Shown here: positions 8,271 through 17,035 of the stretch, one piece after another
How positions within the stretch are numbered: position 1 is the first letter of the stretch
Layout of the letters: the number at the start of each line of letters is the position of its first letter
Assembly: GCA_959022495.1 (NCBI GenBank)
Contig: CAUEYX010000009.1
Location: 27,329-91,328 of the forward strand
Source of the DNA: an uncultured Lachnospiraceae bacterium
GTDB taxonomy: Bacteria; Bacillota; Clostridia; Lachnospirales; Lachnospiraceae
Direction: 5' to 3'
Length of the DNA: 64,000 nt
Made by a program: the position numbers and the translations under genes
The notes under the pieces: model-generated
The model's database searches: none
The model's input: the letters and a program-made list of their open reading frames with translations, nothing else
What the model was told of the DNA's origin: nothing

Positions 8271-10361
8271 ATGAAATTTATTATTAAACATGAAATAAAA
8301 AACCGTCTCCGTATCCATCTTGTTCAGCCAAAGATGACTTGTACGGAGGCGGATATTCTTTGCTGGTTTCTTGAAAAACAGCCGAATGTGACAGATGTAA
8401 AAGTATATGAGCGCACCGCGGATGCGGTTATCCGTTATACCGGGGACCGGGAGGAGCTTTTGAGATCAGTCCGCGCTTTCCGTTATGAAAACGTGAATGT
8501 GCCTGAGCAGGTGCTGGACAGCTCGGGAAGAAAATTAAATTCTGCTTACAGGGAGAAAGTGATAGGGAAAACGTTCCTGCATTACGGATGCAGATTTATA
8601 ATTCCTTATCCCCTGCGCAGAGCATGGCTCACTGTGAAAGCGGCAGGGTATATCTGGAAAGGGCTTAAGTGTCTGGGAAAACGGAAAATCGAAGTTCCCG
8701 TGCTGGATGCGGCCGCAATCGGCATGTCTGTCCTGCGTGGTGATTTTAACACTGCAGGTTCCGTTATGTTCCTGCTCGGTATTGGAGAAATCCTGGAAGA
8801 ATGGACCCACAAGAAGTCTGTGGGGGATCTCGCGCGCAGTATGTCTCTGAATATGAAAAAAGTATGGATGAAGAAAGGAGATCAGGAAATACTGGTGAAT
8901 TCTTCGCAGATCCAGCAGGGGGATACTGTGATTGTACGCATGGGAAATGTGATTCCATTTGACGGACTGGTATCCTCCGGGGATGGTATGGTAAATCAGG
9001 CGTCACTGACCGGGGAACCGCTGCCTGTGAGAAGAACAGCAGGGCAGTCTGTCTATGCGGGGACTGTTCTGGAAGAGGGAGAGCTGGAGATTACAGTAAA
9101 AGCGGTGTCCGGTTCAACAAGATTTGAAAAGATTGTTACAATGATTGAAGAATCTGAGAAATTGAAGTCCGCTCTGGAGAGCAGGGCGGAACATCTGGCG
9201 GACCGCCTTGTACCCTATACTCTTCTGGGAACAGGGGTTGTAGGTCTTGTGACCCGCAATGTCACAAAAGCGCTGTCCGTGCTCATGGTGGACTTTTCCT
9301 GCGCTCTGAAACTGTCGATGCCCATCGCCGTACTTTCCGCGATCCGTCAGGCCGGACAGAGCGGGATTACGGTCAAGGGCGGAAAGTACCTGGAGGCTGT
9401 GGCAGAGGCAGATACCATCGTATTTGATAAGACGGGCACTCTCACAAAGGCAAAACCCATCGTAAAAGAGGTCGTTGTGTTCGGAGATTACCCGGAAGAT
9501 GAGGTCCTGCGTATCGCTGCCTGCCTGGAAGAACATTTCCCCCATTCTATGGCAAAAGCAGTGGTAAATGCCGCGAAGGAACGGAATCTTTATCATGAGG
9601 AAATGCACTCAAAGGTGGAATACGTGGTAGCTCACGGAATTTCCTCACATATTGAGGAGAAAAAGGTAGTAATCGGCAGCAGCCATTTTGTATTTGAGGA
9701 TGAAGGCTGCCGGATACGTCCGGAATATCAGGAGCGCTTTGATGCGCTGCCGCCGGAGTATTCTCATCTTTATCTCGCGGTTGAGCAGGAGCTCGCCGCG
9801 GCCATCTGTATCGAGGACCCGCTGCGGGAGGAGGCTGGGGAAATGATACGCATGCTGAGAGAGGAAGGCATTTCCAAAATCGTGATGATGACAGGAGACT
9901 GTGAGAGAACCGCGGAATCGATCGCGAAGCGGGTCGGCGTAGACGAGTATTACTCAGAAGTTCTGCCGGAAGACAAGGCAGGATTTGTGGAGAAGGAGAA
10001 GGATGCCGGAAGAAAAGTGATTATGATCGGAGACGGGATCAATGATTCCCCGGCTCTTTCGGCCGCGGATGCGGGGATAGCAGTCAGCGACGGCTCGGAG
10101 ATCGCCAGGGAGATCGCTGACATTACAATCTCCGCGGAGGATCTTCGGGAGATTGTGGAACTGAAACGTCTGGCAGATGCTCTGATGAGGAGGATTCACA
10201 AAAATTACAGAGAGATTGCTGCTGTCAATACCGGATTGATCGTTTTTGGCGCAGGGGGAGTGATCCAGCCTGCCGTGTCGGCACTGCTTCACAATCTGTC
10301 GACATTGGTGATCAGCTTAAGGAGCATGGGAGATCTGATGACAGGGAAAGAACACGAGTGA
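8271..10361 (+). CDS. Heavy-metal-translocating P1B-type ATPase (SCA transmembrane motif)
   Basis: TGE, DFSCAL, DKTGTLT, HFPH and GDGINDSPAL motifs. Confidence 0.95.
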   Translation: MKFIIKHEIKNRLRIHLVQPKMTCTEADILCWFLEKQPNVTDVKVYERTADAVIRYTGDREELLRSVRAFRYENVNVPEQVLDSSGRKLNSAYREKVIGKTFLHYGCRFIIPYPLRRAWLTVKAAGYIWKGLKCLGKRKIEVPVLDAAAIGMSVLRGDFNTAGSVMFLLGIGEILEEWTHKKSVGDLARSMSLNMKKVWMKKGDQEILVNSSQIQQGDTVIVRMGNVIPFDGLVSSGDGMVNQASLTGEPLPVRRTAGQSVYAGTVLEEGELEITVKAVSGSTRFEKIVTMIEESEKLKSALESRAEHLADRLVPYTLLGTGVVGLVTRNVTKALSVLMVDFSCALKLSMPIAVLSAIRQAGQSGITVKGGKYLEAVAEADTIVFDKTGTLTKAKPIVKEVVVFGDYPEDEVLRIAACLEEHFPHSMAKAVVNAAKERNLYHEEMHSKVEYVVAHGISSHIEEKKVVIGSSHFVFEDEGCRIRPEYQERFDALPPEYSHLYLAVEQELAAAICIEDPLREEAGEMIRMLREEGISKIVMMTGDCERTAESIAKRVGVDEYYSEVLPEDKAGFVEKEKDAGRKVIMIGDGINDSPALSAADAGIAVSDGSEIAREIADITISAEDLREIVELKRLADALMRRIHKNYREIAAVNTGLIVFGAGGVIQPAVSALLHNLSTLVISLRSMGDLMTGKEHE

Positions 10362-10378
10362 TAGAGTGATATAAATGG

Positions 10379-10410
10379 GCGCCGCCTTGGGAATGAGACC
10401 AGGGCGGCGC
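10379..10410. terminator. Terminator hairpin between convergent operons
   Basis: GCGCCGCCTTGG-GAATGAGA-CCAGGGCGGCGC. Confidence 0.7.
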
Positions 10411-10450
10411 TTCACGTGTGATTATAATATTGTAAATGTATTTGTATCTT

Positions 10451-11095
10451 TTAAGAATATTTTCTCTTATAAATTCCGATCGATGCAAAACAGCTGAGCG
10501 CCACTGTCACGGCTCCCGCTGCCAGAAGCCCGAAAACCAGCAATGGACTGCAGTTTAAGAAAATTTCAATGCCGTATAATGAACGGAGCGCTCCGAATAA
10601 AGCTCCGATCATACTTACTATAACAATAAAAAAGATTGTTCCCCATCGTTTCCCAAGCAGGAAATAACCAATGTATATCACGGAGAGGCAGAGCAGGGAC
10701 ACACTGAGCCCGATTCCCCACATGCGCGCAGCTTCTGCCAGGCGGACTGTGTGGTGGATATATACCTGTACCATGGTGCATATCAAGGCGATGAGATTGG
10801 AGGCAAGAATAAAAATAAGCCCCAGCAGGTATTTCGAGAGGACAATCTCTGCTTTCGTAACGGGAAACGTGATCATAAGCTTATTAAAATTGGCGGCTTC
10901 CTCCTGTTCCGTAGAAGATTCGACAGCGCAGGCCCCCAAAAGAGGCGTGATCACTCCGATAAACAAGGTATAATACTCCGCGGACCGGAATAGAAGTCCC
11001 GCCGGAAGGATAATCAGGGCGGCAAATACGAAGGAAGCCGCGTTTTTGGGAATGCAGAAATTGTCATATAGGTCTTTAAGCATGATTCCTTTCAT
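10451..11095 (-). CDS. ABC-2 type exporter permease
   Basis: MKG..LKD start, FPVTKAEIVLSKYL, about 6 TM segments; 4-nt overlap with the ATPase gene. Confidence 0.88.
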   Translation of the reverse strand: MKGIMLKDLYDNFCIPKNAASFVFAALIILPAGLLFRSAEYYTLFIGVITPLLGACAVESSTEQEEAANFNKLMITFPVTKAEIVLSKYLLGLIFILASNLIALICTMVQVYIHHTVRLAEAARMWGIGLSVSLLCLSVIYIGYFLLGKRWGTIFFIVIVSMIGALFGALRSLYGIEIFLNCSPLLVFGLLAAGAVTVALSCFASIGIYKRKYS

Positions 11096-11955
11096 CGTGT
11101 CTTTTCTCCTTTTACATAAAACAGCATAATATCTTCGACGGACGCGTTTTCCACGGGAACGTCGGGGAAGGTCTTCTTTATTTTCTGCCTGTTGTGAACC
11201 AGCACCCTGTAATTGTAAGTTTCTTTCCGGTACGCCGCGATGTCGTCCGGGTTCAGGGCATCAAAAAGACGCCGGCCGCAGGTGATGATCCCGAAGTCAT
11301 TGCGGAGCTCGTCATATGTACGGACAAAGAGCAGTTTTCCCTCATGGATATATGCGATATAGTCCGCGATTTTGTCAAGATCACTGGTGATATGGGAAGA
11401 GATCAGTACTGCCCGGTCTTCATCTTCTGTAAATTCGCGCAGGATATCCAGAATCTCCTCACGGACAACAGGGTCCAGCCCGCTGGAAGCTTCATCCAGG
11501 ATAAGAAGCTTCGGGCTGTGGCTCAAAGCGACGGCAAATTCTACTTTGACCCGCATCCCGGTAGATAATTTCTTAAGACGTTTTTTCTCCGGAAGCCCAA
11601 AGCGCTTTAAAAGCTGGAGATATTTCTCCTGATCCCAGTTTTTGTACATTTTAGAAAGCATTTTTCCCGCGAAAAGCGGGGTAAAACTCAAATCAAGATG
11701 AGAATCACTGAAAATAACGGCGATATCCTGTTTGATCAGCTTTTCCTTGGTCTTCAGATCATGTCCGAGAATATGGAGCTGGTCATACTGTGCTTCCACA
11801 ACATTGAGAAGGGAGTTGATAAATGTGGATTTGCCGGCTCCGTTCTCACCGATCAGTCCCATGACAGTGCCGCAGGGCAGACTGAGAGAAATATTGTCCA
11901 GGGTGAAATCTTTGTATGTCTTTGTCAGGTTTTTTACCTGTATTGCATAATCCAT
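11092..11955 (-). CDS. ABC exporter ATP-binding protein
   Basis: GENGAGKST Walker A, LSTGM signature, LILDE Walker B. Confidence 0.95.
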   Translation of the reverse strand: MDYAIQVKNLTKTYKDFTLDNISLSLPCGTVMGLIGENGAGKSTFINSLLNVVEAQYDQLHILGHDLKTKEKLIKQDIAVIFSDSHLDLSFTPLFAGKMLSKMYKNWDQEKYLQLLKRFGLPEKKRLKKLSTGMRVKVEFAVALSHSPKLLILDEASSGLDPVVREEILDILREFTEDEDRAVLISSHITSDLDKIADYIAYIHEGKLLFVRTYDELRNDFGIITCGRRLFDALNPDDIAAYRKETYNYRVLVHNRQKIKKTFPDVPVENASVEDIMLFYVKGEKTR

Positions 11956-11958
11956 ATG

Positions 11959-12333
11959 TCAATCCTCCGTATATACCACTTTCAGTGTATTGATAAGCTC
12001 CTCCAGGGAAAGCCCGTTCTCTCTTCCAAGCACAGCGGCGTCTGAGAGAAGCTTTTCGATCCTGCGCAGATTCTCTTCCCGGATGAAATCCTGGTTCTGC
12101 GCCGAGACAAAGGTCCCTTTGGCGGGAACGGTAAGGATGAATCCGTCTTTCTGCAGATCGTCATAGGCCCGCTGGGTCGTGATAACGCTTACATGAAGAT
12201 CTTTGGCGAGCCTGCGCATGGAAGGCATCGGCTCGCCCGGTTTCAGTTCTCCTTTCATGATCATTTCTTTGATCTGTGAAGTGATCTGCTCATAGATCGG
12301 ACGGTCGCTTGCGTTACTTAAAATAATTTCCAT
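11959..12333 (-). CDS. GntR family regulator, YtrA subfamily
   Basis: PIYEQI, MPSMR.LA, VSVIT..RAY..L, GTFV; short C-terminus; inside an ABC operon. Confidence 0.93.
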   Translation of the reverse strand: MEIILSNASDRPIYEQITSQIKEMIMKGELKPGEPMPSMRRLAKDLHVSVITTQRAYDDLQKDGFILTVPAKGTFVSAQNQDFIREENLRRIEKLLSDAAVLGRENGLSLEELINTLKVVYTED

Positions 12334-12359
12334 ATATTCACCTCAAATTGTCCGCCTGC

Positions 12360-13151
12360 TTACCGCTCAAAACCATTTTTCCTGTAGAGGATAAGGAAGA
12401 GGATAACGGCGAGAAGGAATTCGGCGGCAAGCACCACAATCCCTTTCGCCTCCACAGCCGGCATGCCGCTGTTGATATTGGATACTGCGTCCATGACAAT
12501 CCCCGTAAACAGAAAGCCGGAGATCTGTTCTAGCGTATCGCTGAAACCGCTGAGCATTGGGATCATCATCAGGATGAGCACTGCCGGGGTTACGATTGTA
12601 CTGGCAGATACCTGGGTCCTGGCGTAGATACCGAAGATCATGCCGATCACTGCGCTGATGGCGGCGCACAGCGTGGTAACCGCGAGATATGCGCCCCACT
12701 GCGGCGCGGTCATGCTGAATTGAGCGGCCAGTACGCAGACCGCATTGACAGCCGTGGACATAAGGACTACAGGAATGAGACTTCCGAGGAAAAATTCCAG
12801 TCCGTTTACGGAAGAGGTCATCAGAGTGCGGAGAGTGTTTTTCTCTTTTTCTTCCGCAAGGGCAGCAGCGGTGCAGTAAACCCCTTCCATCAAGATATTC
12901 ATAAGAACGCCCATAGCGAGGGCATAAGCGCTCATATCGAATTCTCCCTCTGTGGCTGCCCCGTAAATTGCTTTCATGAGGAAAGTAAAGCCGATCGAAA
13001 AGATGGGCATAATAATAAAATTTTTGCTGAACAGCGCCCGGCCCTTTACCTCCATGATTGCGGAAAGTTTGCGCAGGTGCACAGGCCTTAAGCGCAGTGT
13101 CCTAGTTTCTGTCATCGTTTTTGACGCTGTGTTTTTCTTTGTTGTTTTCAT
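12360..13151 (-). CDS. ABC-2 type exporter permease
   Basis: EEKEKNTLRTLM motif and 6 TM segments; 4-nt overlap with the ATPase gene. Confidence 0.9.
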   Translation of the reverse strand: MKTTKKNTASKTMTETRTLRLRPVHLRKLSAIMEVKGRALFSKNFIIMPIFSIGFTFLMKAIYGAATEGEFDMSAYALAMGVLMNILMEGVYCTAAALAEEKEKNTLRTLMTSSVNGLEFFLGSLIPVVLMSTAVNAVCVLAAQFSMTAPQWGAYLAVTTLCAAISAVIGMIFGIYARTQVSASTIVTPAVLILMMIPMLSGFSDTLEQISGFLFTGIVMDAVSNINSGMPAVEAKGIVVLAAEFLLAVILFLILYRKNGFER

Positions 13152-13999
13152 TGTAATTCCCTCCCTGTCACTTCTAAGAATACGGTCTCCAGCGTAGGTT
13201 CACAGGAGTGGATCGTCTCTATCTGCTCATTTCTCATCCAAAGCGCGATCTGTTCAGCTGTCTTGGGGCTCTGCTTCAGAAAATGTTTCGTGCCGTCTGT
13301 GAGCTGTACTTTGTATTTCTTCACTTTGTTGTATTTCAGGCAGATTTCCTGCGGGGTGCCGTATTCCACGATAACCCCCTCATTTAAGAGCGCTACATGG
13401 CCGCACAGCTTTGCCGCCTCCTCCATGTTGTGTGTGGTGAGAAAGATGGACATGCCCTCATCTTTTAATTCCATCAGCATCTTATGTACTTCGAGCGCGG
13501 TGGACGGGTCAAGTCCGCTGGTCGGCTCGTCGAGGAAAAGGATTTTCGGTTTGTGAAGGACTGCCCTGGCGAGGATAAGTCGCTGCGTCTGACCCTTGGA
13601 GAGCTTGGAAGCCGGCTTTCTGCGGTGCTCGTAAAGACCGATCCGTTCCAATAAAGGATCAATATCTTGCAGCGGCACATTCAGAAGACGGGCAAAATAT
13701 TTCAGATTATCGTAAACGCTCATCCTTTCGTACACACCGCTTACATCAGTGACAATGCCGATCTGTTCATAGATGGTTTCGTCTATTTTATCGCAGGGAA
13801 TTCCTAAAACTTCAGCCTCACCTGAGGTGGGGCGCAGCTGTCCTGTCAGGATCTTGATGGTAGTTGTCTTGCCCGCGCCGCTGGGGCCTAAAAATCCAAG
13901 GATCTCTCCCTTTTGAAGTTCTGCATTGACATCTTTTAATACGAAATCTTTGTTGAATTTCTTAGATAGGTGACGGATGGATATATAATGCTGATTCAT
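13148..13999 (-). CDS. ABC exporter ATP-binding protein
   Basis: GPSGAGKTT, LSKGQ, FLDEPT; start reset to ATG 13999 with AAGGAG RBS. Confidence 0.95.
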   Translation of the reverse strand: MNQHYISIRHLSKKFNKDFVLKDVNAELQKGEILGFLGPSGAGKTTTIKILTGQLRPTSGEAEVLGIPCDKIDETIYEQIGIVTDVSGVYERMSVYDNLKYFARLLNVPLQDIDPLLERIGLYEHRRKPASKLSKGQTQRLILARAVLHKPKILFLDEPTSGLDPSTALEVHKMLMELKDEGMSIFLTTHNMEEAAKLCGHVALLNEGVIVEYGTPQEICLKYNKVKKYKVQLTDGTKHFLKQSPKTAEQIALWMRNEQIETIHSCEPTLETVFLEVTGRELQ

Positions 14000-14021
14000 T
14001 TGATTCACTCCTTTGTCATTA

Positions 14022-14087
14022 CTGTACTTATATGATGAGTACAGATTAACATAAACTGTTATGACTGTCAATATATAATATATACAG
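14022..14087 (-). promoter_or_regulatory. Promoter of the ABC operon flanked by two 23-bp CTGT-N15-ACAG YtrA-type operators
   Basis: - strand TTGACA (14071-14066), 17 nt spacer, TG-N-TAATCT; dyads at 14022-14044 and 14065-14087. Confidence 0.7.
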
Positions 14088-14238
14088 ATTGAAAATAGAG
14101 AACACTTTTATGGGCTGTATAGAAAAGAGGACAGCAAGGCATCCTAACTTACAGAGAAAGAAATCACAGGTAAATAGAACATAGCCAGAAAGGAAGAAAA
14201 TTGACTGTGAAGCAGAAAAAGGCAGGGGGGCACGGTGT

Positions 14239-15878
14239 ATGAGAAAACTGTATCAGAGACTGGCTCTCATTCTTGGATCGGCTTCGGTCCTAATCGTGCT
14301 GATCTTCACTGTCAGTCTATATGAGCGGAGCCGCGCGGAAAATGGAAATTACCTGAACCAGCTTTTGGACAGTGTGGAAATGAATATTGAGCATGCATCG
14401 GCTGATTATGAAGAACGTCTGGAGTTCCTCAAACAGGATTACCTGAAGCGTGCCTGGGCTGTAGAGTATATTATATCTTCGGATTCTGCCATGATTTCCG
14501 GGGAGGAGCTTAGCATATTAAAACAGCTGATGGAGGTCAGAAATATCTCAGTAATCGGGCGCTCAGGGGAGATCCTTCTGAGTACGGACGACAGGGCGGG
14601 AACAGAGTATGAAGGGCGGGAAGAGCTGGAGGCCTTGAGAACTTCTTCTGTGGCCTACGCCCATCATGTGGCGGTGAATGTCCCGGATGATGAAGAAGGA
14701 AATCCATTCTTTTATGTAGTTGTGGCATCAGATTCTGAGAAGATCGCCGCGGTCAGAGTAGACGCGGATGCATCAAAACTGGATCTTATGAATGAAAGGA
14801 CTCTGATCCGGTCCATTCTCAGGCAGGCTACGACAGAGTATAGCACCGGCATCCTTGCCGTGGAAAAAGAGAGCGGGGAAGCTGTGGGAATTACGAAGAA
14901 TAATGCGCAGCAGTTTCATCTGCCGGGGATAGAGACCGGGCAGGAACTCCTGGGGGTCCTGGAATCTCTTACAGATGGGAAGGAGGCAGTGCTCCGCGTA
15001 AATGGGACATACCAGAGAGTCATAGCGCGGGACACCGGAGGGATTTACCTGGTTGCTTTCTCTGCTCTGGATACCGTATTTCAGAATATGGCATGGTCGT
15101 TTGCGGAAGGCCTGTTCGGCATAGGGGCTGTCAGCGTCTCGGCAGTTCTTTTGGTGCGTTACTATCTGAAAAAGTATTTATTCCAGTATTTTGAGACCGT
15201 GAAAGAAGGAATCCGGAAGATTCTGGATGGCGCGTCTGTCTCTGCGGCCGCGGACACAGAGATACCGGAGGTACGGACATTGATAGAGGCCGTACTGGAG
15301 CTGGAGAAGGGCTATCTGGATAAAACCGAAGGCATCCATCAGATGGAGGACGCATTATCTCAGGCGCGCACGGAGGCTGAATATGATAAGCTGACCGGGC
15401 TGTACAACCGCAGAGGCATGGAAAATCAAGCAGAATTATTTTTGAAAAAGGATGATCCTGCGGGAGTGTTTGTCCTTTTCGACTTGGATAATTTTAAAAA
15501 GATCAATGATTTCGAAGGGCATCCTGAAGGGGACCGGGTGCTGGAGAGGTTTGCCGAGTGCCTGGTCCGGTGCCCCAGAAGCGTCTGGAAGAGATCTTCT
15601 GCCTGGTTATGTCCAAAGTAAGGGAAGAACTGGGCATATACTATGAGAAGTACGGAGCGTCAGTCAGCATCGGAGCAGTCCCCATAGACGGCAGAATCCG
15701 GTCATACAGCAGGCTGTATAAATGTGCGGACACCGCTCTCTATATCGCCAAATATCTGGGAAAAGACCGGTATTATATCAACACAGAAAAAATATCCTGC
15801 ATGAAGAGGGAGTGCGTCGGATGCCGGGCGGATTGTCCGCGAAGCCGGCTGTTGGATCTGAAAACCGGGGAAAAGTAA
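14239..15878 (+). pseudogene. Membrane sensor diguanylate cyclase, split (14239..15621 and 15558..15878) with the GGDEF core deleted
   Basis: Two TM segments around an extracellular domain; DKLTGLYNRR, DLDNFKKIND, GH.EGD.VL in the first frame; SVSIG and ADTALY.AK..GKDR in a second frame; no GG(D/E)EF at the junction. Confidence 0.85.
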
Positions 15879-15892
15879 CGGAGAATATCAGT

Positions 15893-17035
15893 GTGAAAGA
15901 GAACAAGAAAAACTGGATTATTATCCCGGCGCTGGAGCCGGGGGAAAAACTCTGCGGCTATATCAAACAATTAAATCAAAGAATCTGTGCCTCTGTCCTG
16001 GTCATTGACGATGGGTCCGGGCCTGCTTATGGGCAGATCTTTGGGAAGCTTAATAGAATGGATGGCTGTACCGTCCTCCGGCATGACGTGAACCGGGGAA
16101 AGGGCGGGGCGCTGAAGACAGGATTCAAGTATGTGCAGGAACATACAGGGAATCCAAGCCGTGTTGTCTGCGTGGACTGTGACGGCCAGCATTTACCGGA
16201 GGATGTAGAGCGGGTTTTGGGAATGACGGCAGAAGAACCGGACGCGCTGATACTGGGAGGAAGGGACTTTTCAGAGGCGGGAGTGCCGCTGCGTTCCCGT
16301 TTTGGGAATTATGCCTCCTCCTTCATCTTCTGGATGATCTGCGGGGCGTGGATCAGGGATACACAGACCGGCCTGCGCGCGTTTGACGGGGAGATGCTGC
16401 CTTTGATGCGGAGCATACCAGGAGAGCGGTTTGAGCATGAGACCCAGATGCTGCTGACCTGTGCGGGGAGGGACATCCCTGTTAAGACTTGTCCCATACA
16501 GACGGTTTATGAAGAAAACAACGCAGGGTCTCATTTCCGCCCTATGAAAGACAGCCTATCTGTACTGAAAGTGCTTTTTTCAGAACTGCTCCGGTTTACC
16601 GCGGGCTCCCTGCTCTGCGCTGTGCTCGATGTGATGCTGTTCTGGGCAGTTTTGGAAGGCTTGAGTACCGGGAGTGTACAGGCGGGCCTGAGGCCGATTG
16701 TCTGTGCCGCTGTGTCTGCAAGAATTCTTTCCGCAGGGGTGAATTATATTGTGAACCGTAATTATGTATTCCACAGGGATGAGCGGAATTCCGGCAGGGG
16801 AAAGAGGGCCTGCCGCCTGCCGCGTTATATCGTTCTGTGCTTCGGCCTGGCGGTATCGTCCGCGGCGGCTGTCTCTGTACTGAACCGTCTCTTTCCGGCC
16901 GCCGCCCTGTGGAAGGTAATATGCGATACGGTGCTGTTTTTTGTATCATACAGACTCCAGAAAAACTGGGTGTTCGCGGAGGGTGGGGCAGACGGTACGG
17001 TAGAGCAGGGAAGTGAGGAACAGGATGCAGTCTGA
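15893..17035 (+). CDS. Bifunctional GT2 (polyprenyl-phosphate sugar transferase-like) / GtrA flippase
   Basis: IIIPA, IDDGS, NRGKGGALK, DCDGQH, DTQTGLRAF; C-terminal 4-TM GtrA domain (NY..NR.YVF, SY..QK.WVF); GTG 15893 preferred over 15722. Confidence 0.9.
   Translation: MKENKKNWIIIPALEPGEKLCGYIKQLNQRICASVLVIDDGSGPAYGQIFGKLNRMDGCTVLRHDVNRGKGGALKTGFKYVQEHTGNPSRVVCVDCDGQHLPEDVERVLGMTAEEPDALILGGRDFSEAGVPLRSRFGNYASSFIFWMICGAWIRDTQTGLRAFDGEMLPLMRSIPGERFEHETQMLLTCAGRDIPVKTCPIQTVYEENNAGSHFRPMKDSLSVLKVLFSELLRFTAGSLLCAVLDVMLFWAVLEGLSTGSVQAGLRPIVCAAVSARILSAGVNYIVNRNYVFHRDERNSGRGKRACRLPRYIVLCFGLAVSSAAAVSVLNRLFPAAALWKVICDTVLFFVSYRLQKNWVFAEGGADGTVEQGSEEQDAV

Noticed and set aside
14090..14238. Possible c-di-GMP riboswitch upstream of the DGC/synthase operon
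   Set aside because: Purine-rich, with no GGCAAA/GNRA/GCAAA two-hairpin pattern and no terminator; an Rfam scan would settle it
15558..15878. Independent 106-aa gene
   Set aside because: It is the out-of-frame C-terminal half of the GGDEF domain and has no RBS
15722..15892. N-terminal extension of GT2-GtrA in the ORF track
   Set aside because: Overlaps the DGC tail; GT2 similarity and a GGAG RBS point to GTG 15893
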